Of a stretch of DNA of 64,000 bases, positions 26,157-40,820 are shown piece by piece. The notes beneath the pieces are model-generated. The model saw only the letters and a list, made by a program, of their open reading frames with translations. It was not told where the DNA came from and did no database searches. The position numbers and the translations under genes are program-made. The stretch comes from Chrysomallon squamiferum (Eukaryota; Animalia; Mollusca): assembly GCA_012295275.1 (NCBI GenBank), contig CM022665.1, forward strand, positions 31,620,001 through 31,684,000. The letters are read 5' to 3'. Each line of letters opens with the position of its first letter. The first letter of the stretch is position 1.

Positions 26157-28412
26157 CCTATTAGAAATGTCAGCTGAGAGACCCTTCGCTGTCGTATTTA
26201 AAATCTATGTTGAAATTCATAACAAAATCTGTTGTCCCAAAACAAAAAACCATGACAGAAATGTATAAAGACGTTATTAAACAAGTAAATGATCATTCAA
26301 ATGTCAACTGAACCGGTTGTCCTGTTTAAAACACTTGTTGAAATTCATAACAAGATCTGTTGTCTCAAAATCGTGATAGAAATGTAGAAAGACGTTATTA
26401 AACAAGTTATTCAAATGTTAGATATAAAACATAGGTCACCTTCTACTGTCCTATTTAAATATAATTAATTACATCATGTACACTCCCTTATCATTTATCG
26501 CACATTCTTGTTTGTCAGAGACATACACACTGTATTAACTCTACTGCGTCTAGTAAATCTGAAACGGAATAAATACTGAAAGAACAACAGATGTTAAAGG
26601 TTTTTGTCTTCACCATGGAAGAAAACGTGTTCCATTGATTCTACAAAGTACTGAAAGTTTTATGTCATTTTCCAAAGCATTTATATAATAACAACAAAAA
26701 CAACGCATCATTTGAGATTACGTATATATTCATATATTAACTGTCAAAGTATTCATCCGTCTGTTATAAACACACACACACACACACACACTTTTTCTCA
26801 CGCTTACAAATAAATTATATGCATGTTTCGTTGTTGTTTTTTTCGTTTTACTTTTACTTCTTCGTTATTTTCTCCATTTTCTGTATAACTTTAAATTCTC
26901 CCGAACAGACATTCCTAGAAGAAAATTATGTGATTAAAACGGGGAAGGGAAAAAATAAAATAAAATGAAAAAACAGCCTATTTTCTCTACATTCTTCAAA
27001 CGCCTTTGATTTGAAATGAGAGACAGCGATATCCGATGGTTCAATAGGAGAAAGTCAGAAAGTAAACCTTATAAATCTGTTACAGTCGTGTCTCACGTTA
27101 ATCGATAAGAACGCCATTTACAAAATTAGAAAACCTTACGAATGTTGCCCCAGTACATTACATTCTACCCAGCTTTTCCCAAGAAACTCGTAAAATATTT
27201 TTAAACGTCGTTAGCCACTATTTTTACATATACATGTATTTTCTTTATTTTATTTTTCTGACACTAATTTGTATTCTTTCTGACGCTGTGAATTGTGTTG
27301 ATTTTTATCATCATCATCATAATGATTATTTCCTTCATTCCTACAACTATTACAATGACTTGTACTGCTAGACTTACTTCTATTACATCTACTACTTACA
27401 ATAATAACATCAACTTCAACTACTGCTACTACTTCACAGCTATGTGTATAAAATGTAAATAATGAATTGAAAGTGTGTGAAATTATGAACTAATACAATG
27501 TATTACCGATAATCAATGATACTGTATTATACAGTTAATTTTTAAGGACATAAAAGAAGATTCGTAAGTGCAATTATTTTGACACGACATAAATTATTAA
27601 TATTTTATTTTATTTTTTGTTTTGTTTAGCTATTACGTTAATAAATAAACCAACAGGTGCATATACATGACAGACAGTTCTTATAACCTTCCTCATTATT
27701 ATTATTATTATTTTCATTTTGAAGTTTTATTCCATCGCACAATACTCCCACCCACCCCGTTCTGATAACCCTGATCCGCCCATGCTGGATTGCTACTTAC
27801 GGGAATACAAGACATCCAGTATGCACCGATTGTGTTGCGATAAATACCAAGCATCCTTAACATAATCACAGCAGCAGCTCCTGTTAGAAAAAATATAATA
27901 ATAATAACAACAACAACAGCAACATCAATAGCAAAAACAACAATAACAACTAAATGAGTAATCAACATAATTCGTACTTTCATTATAATAAAAAAAAAAT
28001 ATATATATATATATATTTAAAAAGTTATTTAATAGCAAAGGGATAAATAACATGTCTTGTACAAATTACAGTTTGTTTATTTATTATTTATATGCTTAAT
28101 TTAAGAGTAGAAAAAAGAAACAAGCATTTTAGGAAAAATCCTTTAAAATGACAATTATTGTCTCTTTTGTGTGTGTGTGTGAGAGAGAGAGAGTTTTTTG
28201 TAGTGTAATGTATCTCTGTTTTGATATGTCAGTCAGAATGAAATATATGTTTCTCGAAAGATTTCAGTATTTCTGTCTAAACATTCGGTTTAGTATGAAG
28301 AGAATTATTAAATAAATTCTTAAAGGAATTGTCGGTCTGTTAAGGAGGATTTGATAGAAATTTTAAAGTTACTTCAACTCTCTCTCTCTTAATTATAAGC
28401 ATTATTATTTCA

Positions 28413-28458
<46 letters not shown>

Positions 28459-30757
28459 GCTCACATTTTCGAAAGAATTTCATTTTATCAAATACGAAAA
28501 CAAATAAAGTATAAATGTTATGTATATTTCTGAATCATGAACGGATTACATATTTCTACCTCTAAGTATATACCAGTCTCTCATACATTCCATAAAAGTC
28601 TTATAATGTTTTATGATTTTCATAATAAATAAATAAATAAATAAATAAATAAAATTAAAAATTAAAAGAAAGAGAAAAAGATGGCATGGTTCTGGAATTT
28701 AAACCCATGTGGAACTCGGCTTGAATAGTTGTCCGTTGTTTTATCTGATCTGATACCAACTCAAAGATTTCCTCTCGAATGGAATTTATTTGAAGACAGC
28801 CATTTTGTCCATTGGCAGATTAGTATGGGAATCGTTTGTACGTGACTAATATTCAACGTTATTGCTATCGATGGTTATTGACTGAAGAAATCAAATACGT
28901 TATCACGATTTTGTTAACCAGTAGGGGTTTTCTCGCTTACGAAGTATACTGGACGACACTGTCATCATCAACATCATTATCATCATCATTATCATCATTA
29001 TTATTATTTTTATTACTGTTTTTACTGTTACTTCAGTAGGAATAATAACTATATTATGATTTATCAAAATAACACGTTCAAATAATTATGTCAAGTTAGA
29101 AAACCTATTAAGAGATGGATGAATGCTTTATGAGGTTCTGAAAGATTTATAAAAATTATATTTCAGCATTAGAAATATTAACACTGAGCCTGAGACTATA
29201 TATTTATTCACTATTAGTTTATTAAAACGGAGCATTTAAAAAACATAACAATAATAATACATTTGTGATATTTAATAAGAGTTTTTTAAAGAAAATAAAT
29301 AAATATAATCTTAAAAAAAGAAGAAAAAGAATGGAAGGAAAGATAAGAAAAGTATAGAAATATGTACCATACGCCTCCTTTACTAATTATTTATTAAATG
29401 AATAAATAAAAACAGTTTAATAGGTAAAAATAAGCAGCAAAACGAATAACCAAACTAACAAACAAATAAATATATTTTCGCATCTGAGTAAGAAGAAAAT
29501 AAATATGTCTGAGTGACAGTTTGAAATCACGTGAGTTGCACACGGATTCGGAGATGCTCTTCGTATAATCACGTCCGTCGCCGCATTTAGGTCAGAAAAT
29601 CTCGGTTTGACATTTGCTGCGTAATATAAACTGTTACCAAAAATGGACCGAAAATACGATAATACTATTACGGATTTTAGAACTATTTATAGGAATGACA
29701 CTCCGTAAAAAAATTTTTTTATAAATAAATAAATAAATAAATAATAATAATAAAATCAATTCTAAAATTGATAATCAGTCAATTAGTACCAAAAATACTA
29801 CTTCTACTACATACAACTACCAATAATAATAACAAGATGATGATAAAAAAGAAGAAAAGAAATAATTTTAAAAATGAGAAAAAAGAATAATATTAGTAAT
29901 AAAAGGGAAAAAAACCTCCTAGGACTTAACTACTTTAAATGTATTTATTTTTAATATAAACTACCATAAAACAAATTCAGTGGCCTTTAGTGCCATTAAA
30001 TAAATCCGCTGCATAACACAGGTAATAAATTACGTGTCCTTATATGTCACCCATTTGGCTTAATGCTCTGACATTTGTTTTATTCTGTTGAAGTAACATG
30101 ATGTTTATTGCATAAATTATTAGAGAACACTTATATATGTACATACATACATACATCCATACAAACAGACAAAAAGACAGACATACATCCATACGTATAT
30201 ACACATATACACATACAGACATACATATATACATAAATAAACACATACCCATTCACATACAAACATATACACACAAATATATACATATATTCATACATGC
30301 ATACAAACATACATACAACAAAACTACGAGTATAATTATAGTGCCCATCATGAAATAATAATAAGATAAATATGTTTAACACTTAAACATTTTTAATGGA
30401 TTTGACCTTGACATGGTGACATTATTCTGTAAATATGACATTAACTATAGCCACAGAGTATTGTCTAAGTTATGTCAGCGGGGAATATATCAAAGGAACA
30501 TCTTCGTTAATGTGATACTTTGTCCAAACCATGTAACAAATCGAAATAGGGTGTAAAAGTCAGAATATTCTCATTCTTAAAAGTATTGTGCAGACTAATT
30601 AAATATGCAGTTTTTATGTCGTGTATTTAAAAATTGAATTAGTAATGTGTTGTTGTTGATGTTGTTGTTTTTGTTACAACAAATTATAAAAACAGGCGCC
30701 CTTTTTTAAGAACAACGCCCATGAACATATAAGAAGTGCATAAAGTTAATAGGAAAA

Positions 30758-30795
<38 letters not shown>

Positions 30796-31371
30796 CTTCT
30801 CGCTTTTTCAAAAGACAATGACTGGAAAGTGAAAGAAAACAATTGAAAAACACGTAAAAATAATTCATTTTTTGTTTGTTAATTTTTTTTTTTTTTTTTT
30901 TTTTTTTGTATTTATATTATTCGTTTAACGCTTCACTTTAAGTACTTTTCTTGCAACAACAATATTTTTTAAAGGAATACAATTCTATGTATTTTAAAAA
31001 TATATTAACTACATAATAAATCAGTAGTTTGCATCTTTTCTGTTCATGTATTCGTTTACTCATTCTTTCGTATTATCAATTTATTTCTCTCTCTCTCTCT
31101 ATATATATATATTATTATTATTTTTAAACTTTAATTTAGAAAATAAAAATGAATAAGTCATTATCAGAAAATTATTAATGTCAGTGTTTGTAATATTATT
31201 TCTTCCTAATAATTAAATCAATTAAATATACGTGTAATTAAAATTAAAGTCACCTGTCGATCCAGCCACAATGGCAAATAAAGCAATTGTTATTCCTATA
31301 TACACTCCTAAATCTCGTTTCTTATCTTCTTGTTCCACCTGTTCTCTGATTTCTTCATTGGTTTCCTTCAT
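23960..31371 (-). CDS. Four-transmembrane MS4A/CD20-like protein, 6 exons, ~234 aa
   Basis: Exons 31371-31254, 27880-27801, 25542-25486, 25209-25109, 24693-24564, 24178-23960, phase-consistent. Four hydrophobic segments (GVYIGITIALFAIVAGSTGAAAVIML; AYWMSCIPFIFPTITGISV; IALHIPILLMAAFSGGLSY; LVYLYTVFGAVACGCSFLGILFSL), a Cys pair in loop 2 (NCT...GDC), and a cytoplasmic tail ending DLTTKL*. Confidence 0.8.
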
Positions 31372-32012
31372 GTTTAACTTCTTGTCCTTTTTTTCGCCTA
31401 TCCAAGAGAAAAATCAAAAACTTCAACAGTCCGGTTTTTAGACACGTCCGTCACTGCCGCTGCTTTTGGCAGCTATATTTGGAACTCTCCGTAAGACAAC
31501 TGAGTAAAGGGTTTTATAGTCTGTTTCAAAATGACGCATTTTGTCATTAACATCGAGGTTTCATATTTTTTAGCTTATGTATACGCAATGCCGTGGTTTA
31601 ATTTTGAAGGCATTATTTAAAATAAATAAATACATATGAAATATATATATTTTACAGAACGAATCGATGATTTTTAAAAAATAATGTACTTGGTTAAGAA
31701 TACTGTGTTTCATGAAATAAATCTAAAATATTCCAAAATTGGAAATAAAAAACATAAATAAAAATACAAATAAAGCAGTTTTAGTATCAGGAGGATGCAA
31801 TAACAGTATATGTTTAATGTTGATATTATTTTGTAAAAAAAAAACACCCTGAAAACAAAGTCTAAATCTGTACTGATTTACAGAATTAATAAGTTGATGG
31901 TACACAGATTTTATCTTTTGTCACGAACTAAATCTCTAAATTACAAAAATGTTTTAATTTTGAAATCAATCCATCTGCAGTTTTTGAGGAAAATCGAGTA
32001 TGATAGAAGAAC

Positions 32013-32051
<39 letters not shown>

Positions 32052-32767
32052 ATCTGATTCATTTGTTCAGTTCGTTTTTATTTACTTATTTTTATTTATT
32101 ATTATTTTATATTATTATTTGTTTCTCATTTCATTTATTTTTTTATTTGAAATGTATTAATTTTGTTTATTTTTTTTTTAAATGTCTACGCGTATTTTAT
32201 TTTATATTTCTATATATATTTTTAAAAGATTTCATCATTGTCTCATACAGAAGACACCATTATATGTATATGAAGATGAGAAATTTTATTTTTATTATTT
32301 TATTTATTTTCATTTTTATATATTTAAAAACATTTGTTTACTTTTTTTAAATTTATTTATTTACTTATTTATTATTATTATTATTTTATATATTTATCCA
32401 TGCTTGCTAGGAAATGTAAATGTATGTGTATGACTGTACGTGTTTAAAATGTATATAAGTAACGCGAGTAAATGCAAATGTATTTGTTGTATATTAGTAC
32501 ATACAAATGATCTAAGTCTAATTAGATTTTTGTTACATTTCCAAGTTATTGTTTTGTTTGGAGCATTCGGAATTTCTTAAATATGAAGATGACAATATAT
32601 GTGCATATAATTATGAATTTTTGCCTCTATGACCATGTCATTTCATGAGAACATTTTTCTTAAAGTAAAATAAATACAATGATGTTATATTATCAGTCTC
32701 CTTGTTATTTATTATACTGTTTTATATTTTACTGTTTAATTTATATTTAAATAATTTTCATACCTCT

Positions 32768-32843
32768 GCCTGACACCCAACAACTGATCAATTTTTTTAG
32801 GACTGGACTGTCGTTAAATATACATTTATTCATTCATTCATTC
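32768..32843 (+). mobile_element. Probable SINE 3' tail remnant
   Basis: ...GTCGTTAAATATACATTTATTCATTCATTCATTC resembles the (ATTC)n tails of molluscan SINEs. Short and degraded. Confidence 0.35.
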
Positions 32844-33965
32844 CTTGCCATTTATTTTTGCATTTCTGAGTACAAAATAATGTCACGATAAAAGAAACAA
32901 TGTCAGCATTTATATACTTTATTGTTTTTTTTAATTATTATTATTTATTTTTTCTTATGTTTTTGTGATCTTATACGTAATTATATATTTTTAGGAACAA
33001 TGAAATAACCATTTGAATCCCTCGTAATACAGAAAACCAGGTTCATCTCTTTTTAACAAATCGTGGTTCCACCCTCGATCATTCTGACATTATTTCTAAT
33101 TTATCAAAACTGTGGATTTCCTCGAGCTAAATTTTGGTTTGTATTGTATAACTGGATTTGAATAATATCCAATATGTCATGTACACAGAATTGAGTCATG
33201 ACGTATGTACTGCCTTGGGCTCTGACACATAGTTTACTATTTTTCTGAGCTATTATCAGCACTGTAGTTAGGAAATATGAAATAGACTATGAGCTGAAGA
33301 GTCACAATAAAATTTATTTTTAGTTCTCTTACGATTTAAAATTAATCATAAATCAGAAAGTATCTACTCTTAATAAGTCATTTTGAAATCGTTTAATTTA
33401 TAAATATAGATATATATTTATTATATCGTTATCATCACCATAAATTAAAGTACGCACATACATACATACACATATGCGTGCATGGCATATAGACATATAC
33501 ATACAGACAGACATACGTACACACCCATTACATCCATAGAAAAATATACATACACATACAACTTATATAAGAAACAAGAAGTATTATTAAAACAAGAAGA
33601 AGAAACTAAATTATACGTAATGTCAGCATGTTTCTACAGTCTATGACAAATCTCGAATATTTAAGTAGATCATCTTGAGAAATATCCTTCTTAATACTCG
33701 TTGCCACATGAAGACATTTTTGGAGTCAGTTACGCGACAAATAACTGTATTTTTTTAAATTTTGCATATATATATATAATTTATGAGAGTGCCACATTAT
33801 AATTTTAAAATTGTTTTTGGGCTATGTATATGTTTTTTTCGGAATGAGTGTATATGCGTGTGCATATGTGTACATGTGTCCGCGTGTGTGTGTGAGTGAG
33901 GGTGTGTATTTGCATATGGGCTTATGGATATATCCAGAATAGATAAGGTTACATCAAAACAAAGT

Positions 33966-34032
<67 letters not shown>

Positions 34033-34533
34033 AAATACATGCTTTTCCGCTTGTTGTAAAAGGCTTTTAGCTACTACAATGAGCCGTTTATGAACTGCCT
34101 TCAGATTTTAATCTGGGAAGTTCTCAGTTGATGTCAAAATGTCATGACATGGAAACAAAGTCATGTTACCGTGGCCAGGTATCTCTAAATTGTTACTGAT
34201 AATGAGTCAGTCATTTGTGACCGTCTTTGATCGCTTGACCTGTGCTCAGATGTAAAATCAGCATTGTGTCATACAGGTAAGTATCATACAAAGACGGTAC
34301 ATCGCAGGCCTATGTTCACCATTAAATCTGAAAGATTTTAAATGATACTGATTCTGGACATATGATAGAGATAATTTAGTAAAATATGTTATAAATTTAA
34401 TTAATATTTTATTACAAATATGTAGATTCTATTGTTATGGCACCAAAACTAAAAATATAACTATTATTTCATGACATAGGAATAACAGCAGCAGTATAAG
34501 TAATAGTAGTACTAACAGAAGTAGCAATATCAA

Positions 34534-34591
<58 letters not shown>

Positions 34592-34732
34592 CGCCACTGT
34601 GTCAGAAGGGGCCTAACTCTTCATTGCCTTTGAATTCGTTTGTTACTTCCCCTAGATGTCGAAAACCAAACACTAGAGAATGGTATTTATGACGAATTGT
34701 TAATGTTCATATATATTATGAAAAATAAATAA

Positions 34733-34765
<33 letters not shown>

Positions 34766-35129
34766 TGAAAATGAAGAAAAGAAAAAATGTGCCATTTTCG
34801 ACAATTTCCTTTGTTACATAGTTTTAGTATTAACTTTGTCCACAATTATCATATAAGGGTTTTTTGGCAGCTTTCCATAGCTCGAATTTATTTATTTATT
34901 TTTATCATTATTATTTTTTTAAATATATGTTTAATACTTTTTAATATTAATGAGTATTAAATGATGATCGGATACCTTTACTGATTAACAGCAAGAAGTC
35001 TTTTTATAAACATAATGTTTATTAAATTAATCCAGAGGTAACGAGATGCAGACAATGTCGCATCTACGAGTATTTAATACTTCGTTCTAATAAGTACTTT
35101 GCCATTTTCTCATCTACACCCTCCCGTAC

Positions 35130-35247
<118 letters not shown>

Positions 35248-35882
35248 TATGTGGAAATAACAGTTCACCAACATAACAAAGATGGAAAAGGAATATTTAT
35301 TCAAGATCTGTTTAATGAGTATATCACATTTTTTTTATTTTTTAAACTGTTAGTATCAGGAAAAAACAAGAAAAAAATCAGAAATAAATAAATAAAAAGA
35401 AGACGAAACTTAATAAACGCAATATCACATATCGCTTTTAATTTGCTATACTATTCACCAAGATTGTTGTTGTTATTGCTGTTTAACGCAACTTCGGAAT
35501 TATTAATTATGTTCCATATTATGAAAGATTCTTCAACATTAAATATTAAGAACAAATCGATCTGTAAAAATTATGATTTATACAATTCTTAATTGTTTAA
35601 TAATCTTGTGAAGCGATTATTAATTTTCGGCTATGTCTGCATGCTTCTTTTCATGTATTATGCGAAATAGAATAGCGTGAAAGGTTACATTACTAACGGG
35701 GAAAAAGGCAATTAAGACACCTGTTAACGTGGGAAAACTAATCGTTATACTCTTGAAATTTTTATTTATTTAAAATACTTTTGTCTTTCTGGACGGATAA
35801 ATAATAAAACAGTTCTTTTAATATAAAAGAGTTCGAAAGCAAAGAGATAACTTTCGTTAACAGTATGTTTCTGGTTGCCTTG

Positions 35883-36080
35883 TTATCGTCTGTTGTCGGC
35901 TGGTTGGGCCAGAGGGCTGCCCTTAGCGATGTTGTCCAGCTCTCTCCCGACCTGACACAAAGCACACATACCGCAGAATGTAGCAACGCAGCAGTCATTG
36001 CATATGCTTCCCTTAAAAACAAAATAATAATAATAAAATATAATTATTATTTATATATTTATAATAATGTGTTACAATTA

Positions 36081-36120
<40 letters not shown>

Positions 36121-36790
36121 ATTATTATTTTAACAGCAAATTATTATAAAATTATAAAATATAATAATACATTTTAAAATAACTATAATAAATTATTATA
36201 AATAAATACATTTGATTTTTGTAGATTCATTGACTAATAATAATCAAACACATATCCGGTGTGTACAATTATAATGATCTCTTTGTGTCTACTTTTATGG
36301 AATATCAGAAGTTAAGTCATTTGTGTGTCTATTTGTCTGTAATTCTGTGCATTGGTATTAGTTTGTGTTTATGTTTGCTTTTGTGATTATATATACCTAT
36401 ATTCATGTATGTATGCACGTAAATAGATAGCTAATTAGGTATGCGTGGGTGCGTGCCTGTGTATTTGTGTTTTTGTTTTTGCATTTTATTTAATTCATCT
36501 ATTGATCTTTTCATCCTGTTAATCCTTCTACACTTTATATGTTTCTTTTCATGACGGTATTTTAATACTTCACGAGAAAATTTTACCTCAATAGAATGGA
36601 CACCTCGGATATGTGCCCTGAATACCATGAGCCAGCCCTGAACACAGAGCGGACCCCAGCACGATTCTCCTTGTTTACTGGCTACAGTACAGCTGTAACA
36701 CAACGGACAGAAGCTGGCAAACAAACCTGGAATAATAACAATAATAAGAAGAAGAAGAAAAAGAAGATGAAAAACAACAACTACTACTAC

Positions 36791-36839
<49 letters not shown>

Positions 36840-37524
36840 TTAATGAATCTCAGAACGTTTTATTTTTTAATAGTTTTCGTTTGCTGCAGTTATTAGAGTT
36901 TATAGTTAACTAATGATTTAATCTAATTAAGATAATTAACATAACTAGATTAACGAGTTTCGTCATTAAATATGAAAATCGGTTATTCGACTCACAGTAT
37001 TATTTCAATGTTAATAGATATCTTCACAATGAACATTTTTTTCTAACGGAGCTGGATTTTCACTTGCATGGATTTGTTCTGTATCGTGGCAGTTCATTTG
37101 TTATATAGTTTTATTATTTATTTTGTCAACAGTTAGCACAAAAGGGCTTTGCTGCCTCCCATAATTTAGTGTCTCTAGTGAGCACCACACACACACACAC
37201 ACACTGTGAAACTCGCACAAGTATTTTATGGAAGAGATAGCTGGTAATATGACTTACAGTTGCCGCAGTCTTCAAAACAACCGCACAGTCCTGTGCTCCA
37301 GGGTCGTAGTGGATGAGGATGCATCGGGTTGTAATAGTGAGATGTTGGCTGATTTACTATCACAGTTGTGTTCTGCTATTGTAAAACATAATTAAATACA
37401 CAATACATGATAATCAGTTATAGTAATAACACACTTCAAAACTTTACTGAGCGTTACAAAATCAGCATACTTCTCGAGCTATTATATGTTGGGTATACTC
37501 AGAATTAAATATATATATACATAC

Positions 37525-37605
<81 letters not shown>

Positions 37606-37957
37606 AACGCAAAGAGTTATAAAATTTGGGTAATATTCAGCAAAATTGATAACCTATGTAAGTTTTTAAAATCCGAATTACCTTTAATTTAAAATTCGTT
37701 AATGTTAATAATTAAAATAATTTTTTAGTCTGATTTTTTTTAAACATTTTAATTTTATTTTTCTGTTTCAGTTATTTTATTTTTATTTTTTATTTTTTAG
37801 TCAAAATATATTTAAATCCAGCTACACATATTTAGAATTAATGTGAGCAAAAATATATTTAAAAAATAAGAAAATTCCATATCATTTTATTCACTTGCAA
37901 AAAATAAAATAATGATAAATAACTGACGACGATTTTAATATCAACAACAACAAGAAT

Positions 37958-37996
<39 letters not shown>

Positions 37997-39340
37997 AATA
38001 ATAATAATAATAATAATAATACAATCAAAACCATACGAACCAAAAAAAAAAAAAATTGATATTCGTATGTATGTATGTATGTATATGAAAGTGTGTATCT
38101 TTGTGTATATTTGAGTATGCATGCATCTATGTTAGTATGGATATATGTGTGTATATGTTTTTATGTATTTTATATGTTTATGTATGTATGTATGTGTGTG
38201 TATGTGTGTATATATGAGTCTGTGGGGGTGTATGCATGTTTGTATTACATATTTATATATATAATTTTGTATGTATGTATGTATGTTATCTATGTATGTA
38301 TGTATGTATATGAGTGTGTATATATGTGTGTGTGGGTATGCAAGTATGTTTGTATGACTGTATGTATGTATTACGTATATATATATATATATATATAGAT
38401 ATTGAATGTGTCTATCTATGTATGTCGATATATTTGTGTTCTGCTGTAGGTTTACGTGGATAAAAATCGTGCTTGTTTAGACGTGCTGGTAAAAAGCAAA
38501 ACAAAAAAAACATACACACACAATCCATAATAACGAAGGTGTACTGTTAAGAAATAAATTTAGATTCTTTTATACAGAGACCTTTGTCACTCTAGGGTTT
38601 TAGTATGATAGAAATATTTAATATTAATGCGTATAGAAAGGTTTATTCATAAAGAACAATTTATAGTAACTACCACCAATAAATAAGTAGTAAAAAAAAA
38701 AAAAAAGAGATCCATGCAAAACAAATCTAATTGCTTTGTAGTTTTAATGAAAATGTAATTGAATTTTTATACTGAATTAAATGGAAATTAATACCAAGTT
38801 GAATAACGTTTCCACAGTTCATCGATATTAATTAAAGAATATTTACCTAAATTTTGTTTATCTGTAATATGTAACATTAGAAATTACTAGTCTTTCTGAT
38901 ATTTATATATTGCTATCAATATTTACTTTTTTATTTTATTTTTTACTTATAATTTTTATTTTTTATTTATTTTTTTTATGACTTTTTATAACAGTTGGAC
39001 CAGTTACAGGATTTAATAAAAATCAATTACAGGATTTAATAACAGTTGAAACAATTACAAGATTTAATAACAGTTGGACCAGTTACAGGATTTAAAACAG
39101 TTGGACAGTTACAGGATTTTAATAACAGTTAAACTAAAAAGCAAATGAAACTCTTTCTTTTAATATGTCTGTATCAACGGCATCTGAGTAATTTTATTTT
39201 TCAGGTGACATTTGAACTGACAGTTTCAGTGTTTGTAAGTGCTATACCTGGGCAGGCTGGGCGAATCCGGAAGGGTTCTGGACATAACCTCCCTGGACCA
39301 TCTGCTGACCAGACATCGGCGTTGGCGACACTTGAGACAT
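35883..39340 (-). CDS. Cornifelin/PLAC8-family Cys-rich protein, 4 coding exons, 159 aa
   Basis: Exons 39340-39248, 37375-37258, 36726-36587, 36011-35883. Motifs RPWSTGLCGCFEDCGNCLFASFCPLC, GESC, RAHIRGVHSIEGSICNDCCVATFCGMCALCQVGREL. An in-frame TGA upstream fixes the start at 39340. Confidence 0.93.
38988..39130 (+). repeat. Intronic minisatellite, ~28-bp unit x ~5
   Basis: Repeated ATAACAGTTGGACCAGTTACAGGATTTA variants. Confidence 0.8.
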
Positions 39341-40375
39341 TGTGCATGCACTGGAAAATCACCTAGAAATTATAGTAGAGACTGATCGTCAGAATACAGG
39401 AATGGAACTAATAAAAATTAGTAAATATTTATCTCTCCTTCAAATCAACAATATTATAATAGTCATTAATAACATCTAATTGTTAAAATAGTTGACGATT
39501 AGATTTACTTCCTCGTAACATCATTATAGTTATTCTCATACTATTAATAGTAATAATAATAATAATATACTGTTGCAGTTGTTGTTTTAGAAGTAGTAGG
39601 AACAGCAGCAAAGTAATGATGTCATGTAATATTAACGGTAAAAATAACCTGACTTGCTTTTAATATGAGAAAGTGACATGTAACTGAAAATAATTCTAAA
39701 TAATAATAATAATAATAATAATCATAATTAAAAAGATCTCGTGTTAAACGAATAAATAATGTATTCATCCTTAGCAAAATATTTAAAAAACAAACAAAGA
39801 CTGAATAATTATTATAATTGTTACACTGGCCTTACACATCCGAGTAAATAGTAATTTATAATTCAAAAGAATACAACATACATTATTTTTTCACGAGAAG
39901 AAAATAAAAATAGTTTTTATTATTCGATGATATTCGCCACGAACAAGGCGCCATTAAGCATTATGAAGACTTTTCCACATTTAAAACACATTATCTTTGT
40001 CAATATCAAGAAAAATGAACGACCATAGTCGCGCATTACTGAGCTGGAACCCTGTGTATTTTTAAACTTGTTTACTGAACTGGCGCAGTGAATAGATTTC
40101 ACATTACAAATAGTCAACTGAATTTCAGTAAATGATTGCCAACAATAAAAAAAGTTATAGAAAAAGCCAGTAACAATAGGATTACCTGTAGTTATAGGAA
40201 CAGACAGTATGTAAACAAAACACAAAAATGACAGTGACAGTATTCTCATAAACTGTAGGACAAAATTAATGAATGAATAAATTATTTGTTTAACAAAGTC
40301 TCATTTAGTTTTATTTTAAGGTATTTTTTAGAGGCAATGGTGGTATTGTTTGAAGCATGTGAAATTCCAGTGATA

Positions 40376-40413
<38 letters not shown>

Positions 40414-40566
40414 ACATAAATAAATAATAGCTACAATTTGATATGATTATATGTATATATTCTAAACTAAAACTGGAAAGAAATGTTACATTAAATAAGG
40501 CGAATTCCTTCCAAAAGAAAACTTAATAAAAATGGATTTTGTCTTCTCTCCTTTTTATTTATTGCA

Positions 40567-40624
<58 letters not shown>

Positions 40625-40782
40625 AAACCAGTAGATCATTTCAGATGTTTACATAAAGTCTTATATTACTTGGGGGCCTTTTATAATATACAAGTCAATG
40701 TTTGTCAGATAATTTGTGCACATATAGGTACGTGTCAGAACAGGTACATGATCTATGACATTTAATTTGCACATGTAAACTA

Positions 40783-40820
<38 letters not shown>

